From positions 1-35,402 of IMG/VR virus record IMGVR_UViG_3300020414_001615: 35,402 nucleotides of DNA. One strand, written 5' to 3'. Within the stretch, counting starts at the first letter, position 1. Each line of letters opens with the position of its first letter. Source of the stretch: a virus (lineage: Duplodnaviria > Caudoviricetes). The notes under the pieces are model-generated. The model saw nothing but the letters and a program-made list of their open reading frames with translations, did no database searches and had not been told where the DNA came from. The translations under genes and the position numbers were made by a program. Below, piece by piece: positions 9,293 through 18,659 of the stretch.

Positions 9293-9907
9293 TTATGCTT
9301 CGGTGAGGGTGTAGCGGTATTTGACGATGTAAACCAAGTTGACCGTAGAGTTGTTAGCCAGATCGTAGTCGGCAGTTAAATCTTTAATGGTCACTCCATC
9401 CAGCTCATAGACAGTCCCGACCCCAGCCGCAGAGAACTCTACTAGGTAATCATTTGTATTACCATTTACATTGGATACCCCTGTCATAATGGCCGTGCCA
9501 ATAGCGCCGCCTGACCCAAAGGTAATTACACCTGCTGACGTAACCGTCGCCACAGTAATCCCACTTTCAGTAGCCGTGGGGCACTTAACATAAACAGCGC
9601 CAGAGCCGCCGACCGAAATAAGGTTAGCAATGCCTGCTGGGATGCTAATATCGTAATTGGAGGCGTCTTCTAAGCTAATTTCCAAAGCGCCATAGTTGTT
9701 ATCGTTCTTTATGATCAATAAACCTTCTGCCGCGCCAATAGTCCCTACATCCAACGCGCCGCCTGCGACCAAAGCCCTGCCGCCGCCTGCGGCATAGTTG
9801 TGGTGCTCGTTAGCGTTTGTAAGCGTAGACGCTGTAGTGCTAAAGGTCTCGCTCTGGGTATGCGCCCCATATGTCAGCGAGACTGATCCTTTGATTGCTG
9901 TGGCCAT
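9293..9907 (-). CDS. Putative virion structural protein
   Basis: 204 aa, Gly/Ala/Thr-rich, beta-type composition. Confidence 0.5.
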   Translation of the reverse strand: MATAIKGSVSLTYGAHTQSETFSTTASTLTNANEHHNYAAGGGRALVAGGALDVGTIGAAEGLLIIKNDNNYGALEISLEDASNYDISIPAGIANLISVGGSGAVYVKCPTATESGITVATVTSAGVITFGSGGAIGTAIMTGVSNVNGNTNDYLVEFSAAGVGTVYELDGVTIKDLTADYDLANNSTVNLVYIVKYRYTLTEA

Positions 9908-9912
9908 GACTT

Positions 9913-9940
9913 AATATACAAATTTGAGGGTGGATTTCAA
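9913..9940 (-). promoter_or_regulatory. Sigma70-type promoter TTGAAA-N16-TATATT, ATG 5 nt after the -10
   Basis: Read on the minus strand. Confidence 0.55.
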
Positions 9941-9954
9941 GAGTGCGCCCTGTG

Positions 9955-10491
9955 TTAGGACGATTTCCCAATAACCGTGCAGGTTACAGTGTCGGCAGCG
10001 GCAGAGGAATGGTTTTCAAAAGTAAAAGCAATGGTCCCATCATAAGATGCGCCAACAGCTTGATTGGTCACGGTCAAGGAAACGGAATTGGGCTGCATTT
10101 CTGGGATGTCGGGCAGGCCCGCATCGCCAGAGGCTATAGTCACATACTTGTCGTTGGTGCTCCCAGTTTCTATCAAAACAGCATAAAGAGTAACCAGATT
10201 TGGGAGATCGACCCCTTCAAAGTCATTTCCGGCCACATCGTTTGTCTGAGTCCCCCAACGAGTGACGGACATCCCCGCATCAGTTTTTACAACAGCACCT
10301 GTCTGAATAGTCAGGGTAGCCACATCTGCGGCGGCATTTGCTTTAATCTCAAACCCGTAAACAATGTCCGCATCGGCCCATTCTTTTTTAGTAAGCCCCC
10401 TACCAACGACAGTTGACCCCAGACCCAGTTTCGCGGTAGAGGTGGCTTTAGCCGAAAGTGCCCACTGAGCTACTTGTTTTGTGAGTGTCAT
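9955..10491 (-). CDS. Putative virion structural protein
   Basis: 178 aa Thr/Ala-rich ORF in the structural block. Confidence 0.5.
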   Translation of the reverse strand: MTLTKQVAQWALSAKATSTAKLGLGSTVVGRGLTKKEWADADIVYGFEIKANAAADVATLTIQTGAVVKTDAGMSVTRWGTQTNDVAGNDFEGVDLPNLVTLYAVLIETGSTNDKYVTIASGDAGLPDIPEMQPNSVSLTVTNQAVGASYDGTIAFTFENHSSAAADTVTCTVIGKSS

Positions 10492-10495
10492 TATA

Positions 10496-10813
10496 TTAAG
10501 ACATATGCTTTTCGACCATGACCAAGAACCCGTCGCCTTTATCGGCTTCCATCTTTCCTCCGTGACCGCTCATAACGTAGTCGCGAACAGAATCGAGATA
10601 GTCGGTAGCGAGGATGATCTTTTTTTTAACCCAGTCTTCTTCTAGGTGGGGAGTGGCACAATGAGACAGATGCTCTAACAACTCACATGCATTCTGGTGC
10701 AGGTTGTTGAGCTGGTGCATGACCATCTTGTGGTCATCAGCGATCTGCCCAGAATGATGCCCCTGTTTATTCTCAGGGGCATCAACTGGGACTAAATTTC
10801 CTTCTCTTTGCAT
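10496..10813 (-). CDS. Hypothetical protein
   Basis: 105 aa; LEEDWVKKKIILATDYLDSVRDY helix; coupled to the upstream gene. Confidence 0.55.
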   Translation of the reverse strand: MQREGNLVPVDAPENKQGHHSGQIADDHKMVMHQLNNLHQNACELLEHLSHCATPHLEEDWVKKKIILATDYLDSVRDYVMSGHGGKMEADKGDGFLVMVEKHMS

Positions 10814-11895
10814 CAGGCAGCTTCCCGATACATTTTCAAGGCGAACTGGTTGGGGGTAAGACCTTGGTATTCTTCGCGAACCAGATTCTCTTTGATCTTG
10901 GCAAGCTTGCCGCGATCCATGCTAGAATTCGGGTCGAAAGGTCCACCATGCACAGTCCTGAAAAGAGCTTCAGCTTGATCGTCAGGTGCAACAGGAACCG
11001 CCTTTGGGGGATCAGGTTCAGAACCTTGAGCAGCTAGTGGCTCACCAAAAGTAGTGGGGTCGTCAGGGTCTAAGCCTCCAGTATCCATAGGACCGGAATC
11101 GGGCTTAGAAGCTACCCGCTGAGTGCCTCTTTTTGGTTGAGTCTCTGAAGGAGCAAAAGCAGAGCGGCCTTGTGAATCAGCAGACCCATCGAAAGCAGAA
11201 TCATACTCTTCTCCGGTAGGATCAAAATCTTCAAAAGACTCTTCACCTCCTCCGGCCTGTTGTGCTTTTCGAGCAGCTCTTTCTGCTGCTCGCCTTTCAA
11301 AGTCTGCCTTAACTCCCGCGACTCTTTTCTGGTAACCGGGGTCGCTGCGTCTCTTGGCTCTCCGCTTGCGGAAAGCCTCTTTCTCTTCTTCAGAAAGATC
11401 AGAAAAACTTGGGGGGTTGAACTCGTCTGAGTCTTGTTTTGCTTCAAGTTGAGCTTTACGCTGCAAGAACCTGTCTCTTTGGGAAAGACCGTCGCTCGAA
11501 ATGTTTTCAATGCGGCGGTCCATTCTGTCGAGGGCGGATTGCCCTGAAAGGTCGTCGATAAGGTCGGAGTCGGATAGGGCACCGCCGAGAGTTGAAACAT
11601 TGTCGGCATATGTTTCTGCACCTCTGGCCAAAGCGCCAAGGGGGTTGATCTCGACCTCAGAGTCGCCCGAACCTATCTCAAGGCGCGGGGCGTTATCTGC
11701 TACAAAGCCAGCAACGTCTTCAGCAAAATCTGCTACGTTCTCTACGCCGCGACCTACCATTTTTGCGCCTGCTCCAAGTGCCCTTCCGGGTGCAGTGACG
11801 ACACCTTTGATGTCTCGTTTAGCACCAAGAATAAGATTTTGAAGGTCTTCGTTCTCAGCGACTAGTCTGCCAAGTTGTTCTAGAAATTTGGACAT
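10813..11895 (-). CDS. Hypothetical low-complexity protein, possibly an internal virion protein
   Basis: 360 aa charged, apparently disordered ORF in operon context. Confidence 0.5.
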   Translation of the reverse strand: MSKFLEQLGRLVAENEDLQNLILGAKRDIKGVVTAPGRALGAGAKMVGRGVENVADFAEDVAGFVADNAPRLEIGSGDSEVEINPLGALARGAETYADNVSTLGGALSDSDLIDDLSGQSALDRMDRRIENISSDGLSQRDRFLQRKAQLEAKQDSDEFNPPSFSDLSEEEKEAFRKRRAKRRSDPGYQKRVAGVKADFERRAAERAARKAQQAGGGEESFEDFDPTGEEYDSAFDGSADSQGRSAFAPSETQPKRGTQRVASKPDSGPMDTGGLDPDDPTTFGEPLAAQGSEPDPPKAVPVAPDDQAEALFRTVHGGPFDPNSSMDRGKLAKIKENLVREEYQGLTPNQFALKMYREAA

Positions 11896-11917
11896 ATCAA
11901 TATGTGGTTATAGACAA

Positions 11918-11953
11918 ATCCCGAACCCCGAAGGGTTGCTCAGGGTTCGGGAT
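11918..11953 (-). terminator. Stem-loop after the decoration-like gene, possible weak terminator
   Basis: ATCCCGAACCC...GGGTTCGGGAT inverted repeat followed by TTGTCT on the minus strand. Confidence 0.45.
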
Positions 11954-11977
11954 GAGTCATTGAGGTTGAGGGTGGGA

Positions 11978-12574
11978 TTAAATCGTTTCAGCAACATCCG
12001 TAAGCTCTGACACTTTAATGAGACTCGCCAACACATAAAGCTGACCAGCCGTGCATTCATCCATGCCCGCTCCTGCGGGGTTGAACTCAGCAACCAGTGC
12101 TTTGGAAGAAGCTGTTTGAATCACATATTGGTCATCAAGGTCATCTCCGCTGCCACCAGAATCAAGAATGGGGCCAGTGCTTGTTTTGATTACAGGAACT
12201 GTATCTCCTGTAAAACAATTAACACTATCAACATAGGCATCTGTGTCGCCTGTAATTCCCACGCTCATGTCGAGGTTGCTTACGCTCCCCCCAGCGAAAA
12301 GCTCGGTTACTACAACTGAAACTTCGCGGACAATATAATCTTCAAGATCATCGAGGAGTGTAACAGACACTACCGCAGTAGCGGTGCTCGCTTCCAAGGT
12401 AGCGTTAGAGTGCGCGATACCCCAAGCATGGGTGTAGCCCAGACCAAGGAGCGCGGCTGGAAGTTTATGAATCTTAGAACCGCCACCAGCAGATTCATCA
12501 GAAACTGCAATGGTGTCTTTTCCGGTCAACAACGACCGTTTTGCTAAGGTTGGAATATCATCAAGAGTAGGCAT
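11978..12574 (-). CDS. Putative capsid decoration/cement protein
   Basis: Immediately downstream of the capsid gene; beta-sandwich-type motifs V.ELFAGGS...SVG.TGD.DAY and TAG. Confidence 0.5.
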   Translation of the reverse strand: MPTLDDIPTLAKRSLLTGKDTIAVSDESAGGGSKIHKLPAALLGLGYTHAWGIAHSNATLEASTATAVVSVTLLDDLEDYIVREVSVVVTELFAGGSVSNLDMSVGITGDTDAYVDSVNCFTGDTVPVIKTSTGPILDSGGSGDDLDDQYVIQTASSKALVAEFNPAGAGMDECTAGQLYVLASLIKVSELTDVAETI

Positions 12575-12594
12575 GATCGTATAGTGGGTTATGC

Positions 12595-12626
12595 GCGGGG
12601 CGGCAGTATTAAGCTACCGCCCCGCA
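12595..12626 (-). other. GC-rich stem-loop after the major capsid gene, no U-tract
   Basis: GCGGGGCGG...CCGCCCCGC inverted repeat. Confidence 0.55.
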
Positions 12627-12639
12627 CAAGTTATGAAAC

Positions 12640-14025
12640 CTACACAGCAGCAGGAGTAGTGCTGGTGCGCTTGAACAAGATGATGTAACCGAAGTCCGTC
12701 TTAATCGGCTTCGATGCACTGGCCATGATGCCCCTGAAGAATCCGATAATACCATCGGGGTTTCTTGTGATATCGGGGATGTTCGTCCACTTAAAGTCTC
12801 CCTTATAGGAAACAGGGTCAAACTTGAGGCCGTTGACATTACCAATAGGAGAAGGAATCAGGGACTCCATAACTTCCTCGTGGAGGATGTAAGCGACTTC
12901 GACATCGGCGCTATCGTAAGCGGTATTGACGATGACCTTTCCAGTTCCGTCGTCTCCACCACCCGGAGCCTGTACTGTGTAGACAGGCACGTTGACCAGC
13001 TTTTCACTGTCGAGTGCGAGGTTAAAACGGGGAGCCTTGTCGTCAATCAGGTGGTAGAAACCCCTGAAGGACTTCTCAACTCCAAGAGGAGCGATCAGGT
13101 CAGACACACGGGCGTTGTTGTAACGCACATCGTCGCGGAATCCGGCTTCAGTCTGGAGCTGGTAGGAAGCCTCCGAAGAACACACGAGGGTGAATACGGG
13201 GCGACCGTTCTCACGACCGTGGGCATTGTTGCCTGCACCTTTACGCACGAGCTGGTAATAGATCTTATCCAGAAGCGCGTTGGAGATGTTGGCATCGACA
13301 TCGATAACATCGTTGTCAGTACCGTCACCACCAGCGGTGAGGGCAGTGTCGTCAATATCAATAAGGTCCGCAGCAGGGCCGTGGGTTGCCTTACCTTCTG
13401 CGCCAGTCGTGAAACGGGTGCTTGCAGCCTTAGCATATACGACATTGTCGCACTGCTGGTCATACTGCTGACGATAACGATCTTCCCAAGACTCACGGGT
13501 AGACTCCTTGAGGAGATCCATGATAGCCCGAAGTTGCTCAGTCCGGTGAGCGGCGAAGCGAAGTTCCTCGACGTTGATTCGGGGAGATTCGATCACAGCG
13601 CGACTCAGGCTGTAGCTCTTCATGACTTTGGTGAAGTCGATGACGTTTACGTTGGCCCCTTCTGTGGGGTGGTCGTTGGTGGTCGTAGTCTGACCGCCGC
13701 TGTAACCATTGGCTGCTGTAGCGTCCACTGTGCCCATGCCAAACCAATCAGTTCCTACGCTGGCTCCGCTAGTATCTCCAAGGTCTTTGTTGATTGGAGT
13801 AACCGGAAGAGCGCGGTCGTAAATGAGGGTATTCAGTTGATACCCCATTCCTTCAGGGAAGGTGTTCTGCTTGATAAGGTCGATCCACGGAGAAGTGTGG
13901 AGAGTCGCCTTGTGGATGTCCTGCCCAATGCGATTAGCCTCTTGGGTCAGGATTGTGTTGATAGTATCAACCGCACCGTCTGCGCCGGGGTTGACGTACC
14001 TAGATTCTTGTGGTCCGAAAGCCAT
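12640..14025 (-). CDS. Major capsid protein
   Basis: 461 aa; portal-scaffold-capsid gene order, near-consensus promoter upstream and stem-loop downstream. Confidence 0.75.
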   Translation of the reverse strand: MAFGPQESRYVNPGADGAVDTINTILTQEANRIGQDIHKATLHTSPWIDLIKQNTFPEGMGYQLNTLIYDRALPVTPINKDLGDTSGASVGTDWFGMGTVDATAANGYSGGQTTTTNDHPTEGANVNVIDFTKVMKSYSLSRAVIESPRINVEELRFAAHRTEQLRAIMDLLKESTRESWEDRYRQQYDQQCDNVVYAKAASTRFTTGAEGKATHGPAADLIDIDDTALTAGGDGTDNDVIDVDANISNALLDKIYYQLVRKGAGNNAHGRENGRPVFTLVCSSEASYQLQTEAGFRDDVRYNNARVSDLIAPLGVEKSFRGFYHLIDDKAPRFNLALDSEKLVNVPVYTVQAPGGGDDGTGKVIVNTAYDSADVEVAYILHEEVMESLIPSPIGNVNGLKFDPVSYKGDFKWTNIPDITRNPDGIIGFFRGIMASASKPIKTDFGYIILFKRTSTTPAAV

Positions 14026-14115
14026 GATAAAAAAAATATGAAATTAAAGAAAAAGAGACCGCTCCCCCATAAGGGGCCAAAGAGGTCAAACGAAGATGTA
14101 GGTGAATCCCGCTTC

Positions 14116-14209
14116 CTAGAACTAGTTAATGGCTAGAGCAACCAGCGTTCTTCTTTAAGGGTCATAGCCCAGTGGTGGTGACTAGAACTATTTTATGGCT
14201 AGAGCAACC
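14116..14209 (-). repeat. Two 28-nt direct repeats in the capsid 5' leader (14116-14143 and 14182-14209)
   Basis: CTAGAACTAGTTAATGGCTAGAGCAACC vs CTAGAACTATTTTATGGCTAGAGCAACC, 2 mismatches. Confidence 0.9.
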
Positions 14210-14227
14210 GTCACACGTTATTTGAGC

Positions 14228-14255
14228 ATCCTAACCAAAAACTTAGGATTGTCAA
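14228..14255 (-). promoter_or_regulatory. Capsid promoter TTGACA-N16-TAGGAT overlapped by the inverted repeat ATCCTAA-N8-TTAGGAT
   Basis: Read on the minus strand between the scaffold stop and the capsid leader. Confidence 0.65.
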
Positions 14256-14265
14256 TAGGAAGATT

Positions 14266-15513
14266 TTAGCCGCCTAAAGCAGCAGCAATACTCTGCTCAA
14301 AAGTCATGTCAGACGTGACTCCAGATGGAGATGCCGCATTCTGGGGCTGTCCTGACATTGTTGGCTCCGCACCTTCATATTCAGCCAGACGGTCAGTCAA
14401 AGCCTCGTTTTCCTTCCGCATCGACACATATTCGCGGACGATATTCGGGAGGAGCTGGGCTGACACTACATTATAGGCGTGGTCAACGGGGTGGATTTCA
14501 GAGGGGTCCACGTCGGAAGCTTTGGACTGGATGGACTGCATATCCAAACCTTCGATGCCGGATAAAAATGGGAGTTTTTGCTGAACCCGCTCGACGACAT
14601 TGCGGGTCACATTAGTGCGTAATTGCGCTCTTTCAGCGGCTTCTTGTGCTGCTTTCTGCTCTGCAACCAGCTTGGCCTCTGCCAAAGCTTGGTCAGAATT
14701 CTCAAACATTTGCTTCCTGCGCTCCACAATGGGGTCAATATCCTCGATGATCCGATACAGTCGCGCTTTGTCCCGATCAGTCGCACTTGGCAACAACTCG
14801 CTAAGTTGCTCGTCCTGTTGTTGCTGGTCGTCCAAAGCAAGAACGTCAACAAGAGCGTCAGGGTCAATCTCGTATTTGTCAGCGATCTGGTCTGCCTGCT
14901 CCATCAAAGTGGCCAACGGTTCGGTTATCGCCTGTTGGTAAGCGTCTGTAGATTCAAGGTTAGAGAGGAGTTGTTGGTTCTCATATTCAGTTATCTTAGC
15001 CTGAAGGGTCTCAATGTCCTTGTTCTCGGTCAAACCAGTCAACTCTTGGATCTTGCGCTCATAAGTCACCTGCTGCTGGCGCAACATATCCAACTCAGAT
15101 TTACTATCCTTGAGTTCAGACTTCAGTTGCTTGAATCGGGATGCAGCCTTTGGGGTCCAGTCGTCCCCGATATCTTCAGTCAGTGACTCAATAGGCTCTT
15201 GGAACTCTGCTTCAGTCTCTGGAACATTTTCCGTATTCTCTGCTGGGATCTGGTCACTTAATTGTTCCAGCAAATCCGCTGCCTTTTCCTCTGCTGGATC
15301 TAGTGGTGCAGATTCTGCCGCAGGCTCTGGTGCGGATTCCGCCACAGGTTCTGCCACAGGTTCTGCCACAGGTTCTGGATCGGGGGCCGCATTGTCTAGA
15401 TTAGCAAAGGCTGCTTCCAGTGAAGACTCAAAGGACATAGATTCCCCAGCATCAGGCAAGGCATCAACTGCGGGGGCTTCAGGTTCGGCTACGGATTCTG
15501 AATGTGATTCCAT
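14266..15513 (-). CDS. Capsid scaffolding protein
   Basis: Acidic, Pro-rich N-terminus (EPVA x3), long coiled coil, position between portal and capsid. Confidence 0.7.
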   Translation of the reverse strand: MESHSESVAEPEAPAVDALPDAGESMSFESSLEAAFANLDNAAPDPEPVAEPVAEPVAESAPEPAAESAPLDPAEEKAADLLEQLSDQIPAENTENVPETEAEFQEPIESLTEDIGDDWTPKAASRFKQLKSELKDSKSELDMLRQQQVTYERKIQELTGLTENKDIETLQAKITEYENQQLLSNLESTDAYQQAITEPLATLMEQADQIADKYEIDPDALVDVLALDDQQQQDEQLSELLPSATDRDKARLYRIIEDIDPIVERRKQMFENSDQALAEAKLVAEQKAAQEAAERAQLRTNVTRNVVERVQQKLPFLSGIEGLDMQSIQSKASDVDPSEIHPVDHAYNVVSAQLLPNIVREYVSMRKENEALTDRLAEYEGAEPTMSGQPQNAASPSGVTSDMTFEQSIAAALGG

Positions 15514-15794
15514 TCTTCAATAGTTGGTGGCTGGTTTGAATTCGGTTGTTTGGTGAGTTTTTCCAAGTCGTTGAAAGCGTCCCTGTATCCTGCATACCAG
15601 CTCAGTTTATGGCTGTTCTCCTGTGGGTTTGTCCCAATAGAAGAAACAGTCGGGCCAGCGGCTTCCTTGAGGATAGCTATAGCTTGCTGGAGGGCAGGGT
15701 CAGCTAAGATATTCCTTAACTGCTCTATAGCTTTAATGTCATTAAACCAATGTTCCAGCTTAATCGGAACAGTGGGCTTTTTTTTCTGAGGCAT
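15489..15794 (-). CDS. Small portal-linked protein
   Basis: 101 aa helical ORF between portal and scaffold. Confidence 0.6.
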   Translation of the reverse strand: MPQKKKPTVPIKLEHWFNDIKAIEQLRNILADPALQQAIAILKEAAGPTVSSIGTNPQENSHKLSWYAGYRDAFNDLEKLTKQPNSNQPPTIEEWNHIQNP

Positions 15795-18022
15795 TATGTC
15801 TGGTCTTCTCGGAACTCAAGGGCAGCTTTTGCATCCCTCATCGCCTGCTCCTGATCGAACTTGCGCTGCTTGAGGGACATGTCGAGTTCCGCTTTTTGCT
15901 GCGCGATCTGCATCTCAATCTGTGCTTTCTGCATCTTCATGTCAACTTCAGATGGTCCGGCTGGTTGCTCGCCGCCAGCTTCCTGTGCGGCCATAGCTTG
16001 GTCCCGTTGGATTTTTTCCAGAGCCTTCATCGTATTATTGATGGCCTCTTCAGCAAATTGAAGGACTTGCTTGGTCTGACCAACCAGTCCTTCCAAGGCA
16101 GGGTCGCCCGCAGCAAACTGAACTGTCTCGCTGATGTGCTGGTAGAACGCCTGCAACATCGGCAAAACCTGCTGGGGGTCAGCCTGCCCCGTGTTGATGC
16201 CCTCAAGCAGTTGCTGCAAGAGCGGGACATGCACCTGCAAATGTTGACCGTGCAACTCGTTTCCTACAACCGGAACAGGCTGACCCTGCTGAAGCTGGCT
16301 ATTCTCAAGGAAGGCTATCTTCGTATCCACCGCAGGGCGGCTTTCAACTTCCGCAGGAACATATCTGTCAGCCAAGTCATGCCCAACACGAGTGCTAACA
16401 ATGTCACGAGTGAGGTTACGGCGACCAACGTCATCAAACTGACCACTGATGCCCTGAAGCTCCCGAAGGGAGACGAGTCGGTTTGCCATCGAGCCGCTCC
16501 CAATGGAACGGACTGCCTTGGTTCTCTCAACATCAAGGGCCTTGATAAACTCTGCCTCGACTCCACGTTTTGCACACCTGTCATAAAAATCCTTGATCGC
16601 TGCATCCTGTTTCTTGGACTGGACAACACGACGAACCATTTCGCGCATCAGGCGATTCCAACTCGCGTAAAACAAGTTGAGGGTCGCGCCACTAATGCGG
16701 GTGGCAACGTCCATGTCCGATACAACCTGCATCTGGTTCCTGTAAGGTGAACTCTGGTTCGGGCCATAGGAACTGATGGTGTCCGTATTAAGTTGCAACT
16801 GCTGGGTAAGATCCTGCAACGCTGGCTGGACCGCAGTCCCAAGGTTCGGGATCGCCTTCTCAACAATCTTAACATTAGGCGACATCACTGCGTATGCGCC
16901 GTAGAATGTAAACTGTAACTCGTCCAGTGAACGCTGGTTCTCTGGTTGGATCATTACGGCAGATGACAACATCGCGCCGTCGATCTGCTGGCACCGCAAA
17001 CGGTTGCTCGTCTGGATGTGGTTGAAGATCCTCTGGCCCAAACCACGAATCGAGTGGTAGGTGCCATTGCTGCCAACCCCATATGTAAACAGGATATATG
17101 CCTGTTCGGGTTTGGCGTAACGGCTGGGCTTCTTATACATGAACGCCTCTGGGTCTTGTTCGGCAGAAATGTAATGGCTCACACTGCCGTCAAGTTCGCG
17201 GACCCAGAAGTGGAGCACGTCCACAGTCGGGTTCTGGATTCCAGTGTGGATGTCGTTGTTCTTGATCTCCGCTTGCAGGGCTTCAAATTCAGTGAGCGAG
17301 TTCCGGCTGTGAGCACGACCAGTGTGCTTTACATTCTGAACCATCACCCGCTTAACCTCGTCAACGTCCCAACCAACTGCCTTCGCCGCCTTCTCGTTGC
17401 GGATGAATGCATACAACTCGTGCAGGTGATACTGCCGCCTGCCAACCGCCACATCAATGCGCTCTTCCGAAGAGGGGGTCTGCCTCGGAATCAGGATGTC
17501 GGCAAAGCTGCCAACCTTGAACCGCCAGTCGTCAACGGAATCAAAATACGTGATCCCTACACCATGTTTAATGAACGTGGTACAGAGGCGCAGGTAAGAT
17601 GAATGGAACTCAGGCCAGCTTCGGAACAGGTGCGTCAACTCTTCAGCGACGATCTCCTCTTTCGGGCCAACTTCACTCCTCTCGCCAGTAGTCGCCTTGA
17701 CTTCAACAAAGCGTTCAAGCGAACTATACAGATCAACGTAAGCCGATAACGCAACATCCAAGATACGCTGGGCTTCTCCAAAGTTCAGGTTTGTCTTTAA
17801 GCCCTGACCGCTGACCGCCAGCTTGGAAGAATTATACGGAGCCGCACCATCGAACATCGCGTCTACCCGTGCACGGTTCACGGCTGATGCTTCGTCAGCC
17901 CTGTGCAGGGCATGGAAAATGTTTGTGGCGGATTTTACATCCTTGAGCCTCTGCTCCGCAGGCTTCCCCTTTTCGTCCAGACCAGCAAGGTCAAGACTCT
18001 CCAGTCCATACATATCCGACAT
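15794..18022 (-). CDS. Portal protein (start revised to MSDMYGLE at 18022)
   Basis: About 742 aa with a Gln-rich helical C-terminal tail like P22-type portals; promoter directly upstream of 18022. Confidence 0.7.
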   Translation of the reverse strand: MSDMYGLESLDLAGLDEKGKPAEQRLKDVKSATNIFHALHRADEASAVNRARVDAMFDGAAPYNSSKLAVSGQGLKTNLNFGEAQRILDVALSAYVDLYSSLERFVEVKATTGERSEVGPKEEIVAEELTHLFRSWPEFHSSYLRLCTTFIKHGVGITYFDSVDDWRFKVGSFADILIPRQTPSSEERIDVAVGRRQYHLHELYAFIRNEKAAKAVGWDVDEVKRVMVQNVKHTGRAHSRNSLTEFEALQAEIKNNDIHTGIQNPTVDVLHFWVRELDGSVSHYISAEQDPEAFMYKKPSRYAKPEQAYILFTYGVGSNGTYHSIRGLGQRIFNHIQTSNRLRCQQIDGAMLSSAVMIQPENQRSLDELQFTFYGAYAVMSPNVKIVEKAIPNLGTAVQPALQDLTQQLQLNTDTISSYGPNQSSPYRNQMQVVSDMDVATRISGATLNLFYASWNRLMREMVRRVVQSKKQDAAIKDFYDRCAKRGVEAEFIKALDVERTKAVRSIGSGSMANRLVSLRELQGISGQFDDVGRRNLTRDIVSTRVGHDLADRYVPAEVESRPAVDTKIAFLENSQLQQGQPVPVVGNELHGQHLQVHVPLLQQLLEGINTGQADPQQVLPMLQAFYQHISETVQFAAGDPALEGLVGQTKQVLQFAEEAINNTMKALEKIQRDQAMAAQEAGGEQPAGPSEVDMKMQKAQIEMQIAQQKAELDMSLKQRKFDQEQAMRDAKAALEFREDQT

Positions 18023-18032
18023 TAGAGGATGG

Positions 18033-18060
18033 ATGATACCTTTACCATGTTTTCTGTCAA
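18033..18060 (-). promoter_or_regulatory. Portal promoter TTGACA-N16-TATCAT
   Basis: Near-consensus hexamers, 10 nt upstream of the ATG at 18022. Confidence 0.7.
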
Positions 18061-18476
18061 GGTTTGGGGAAACAGCTATCCATGATCCGTGAAACCGGAA
18101 CATTGTGCTGTTTACCATACTTATTGCGTAATCGAACGTAGGGCTTAGTGCCCCGATAGTATTCGGTCACAATGAATGGATGCCGCCCGCGCCTGCCCCG
18201 CAAATTGCGAACCTTCCATACCGCGCCGTAAGGAGTCACGGCGTAGTCTGGGTAATCAGGAATCGGGGTGTATTTGTCGGTGGGGAGCGTTTGGGGCGGG
18301 ACGTGGAGCGTGTCATGCTGAACACGGCAAGAACGGCCATCGTCCGTCTTGACCTTAGTCTGCCATCGACCGTCAATCCATTCACGCTTCAGCCTGCGCT
18401 TTGTGTTTACATTGTAAATGTATCCACTTGAGGCGAGGGCGTAATCAGAAGCCCCCTCTATAACCTGCGCGTCCAT
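18057..18476 (-). CDS. NUMOD4-like protein with two similar half-domains and no HNH motif
   Basis: IEGASDYALASSGYIYN and IPDYPDYAVTPYGAVWK...YVRL...V.RIM..CF resemble the NUMOD4 motif. Confidence 0.55.
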   Translation of the reverse strand: MDAQVIEGASDYALASSGYIYNVNTKRRLKREWIDGRWQTKVKTDDGRSCRVQHDTLHVPPQTLPTDKYTPIPDYPDYAVTPYGAVWKVRNLRGRRGRHPFIVTEYYRGTKPYVRLRNKYGKQHNVPVSRIMDSCFPKP

Positions 18477-18484
18477 ACACGTAG

Positions 18485-18513
18485 AGGGTAACAGAAGCGG
18501 GTCGGTTCATCAA
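18485..18513 (-). promoter_or_regulatory. Possible promoter TTGATG-N17-TACCCT with extended TG
   Basis: 8 nt upstream of the ATG at 18476. Confidence 0.4.
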
Positions 18514-18520
18514 GACTTTT

Positions 18521-18659
18521 CGTGGGCACAACGTCCCCTGCAAATCGGGAATCAAAAAGTCTTCTAGAATATACATGGGCACATTGGAGAGTCCAATAAG
18601 ACCATATGTTTTACAGAAGACTTTTTGAATTGAGTTTCGCAGGGGGCAATGTGCCTACG
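18521..18659. repeat. ~140 bp imperfect inverted repeat (long hairpin)
   Basis: Nested arms CGTGGGCACA/TGTGCCTACG, CCCCTGC/GCAGGGG, TCAAAAAGTCTTCT/AGAAGACTTTTTGA and ATTGGA/TCCAAT. Confidence 0.85.

Noticed and set aside
12880-14136. 418 aa plus-strand ORF and other long antisense ORFs (14623-15186, 15896-16750, 28026-28739)
   Set aside because: They shadow well-supported genes on the opposite strand and lack motifs or start signals
18023-18118. N-terminal extension of the portal ORF
   Set aside because: It overlaps the upstream gene and contains a near-consensus promoter; the ATG at 18022 is more plausible
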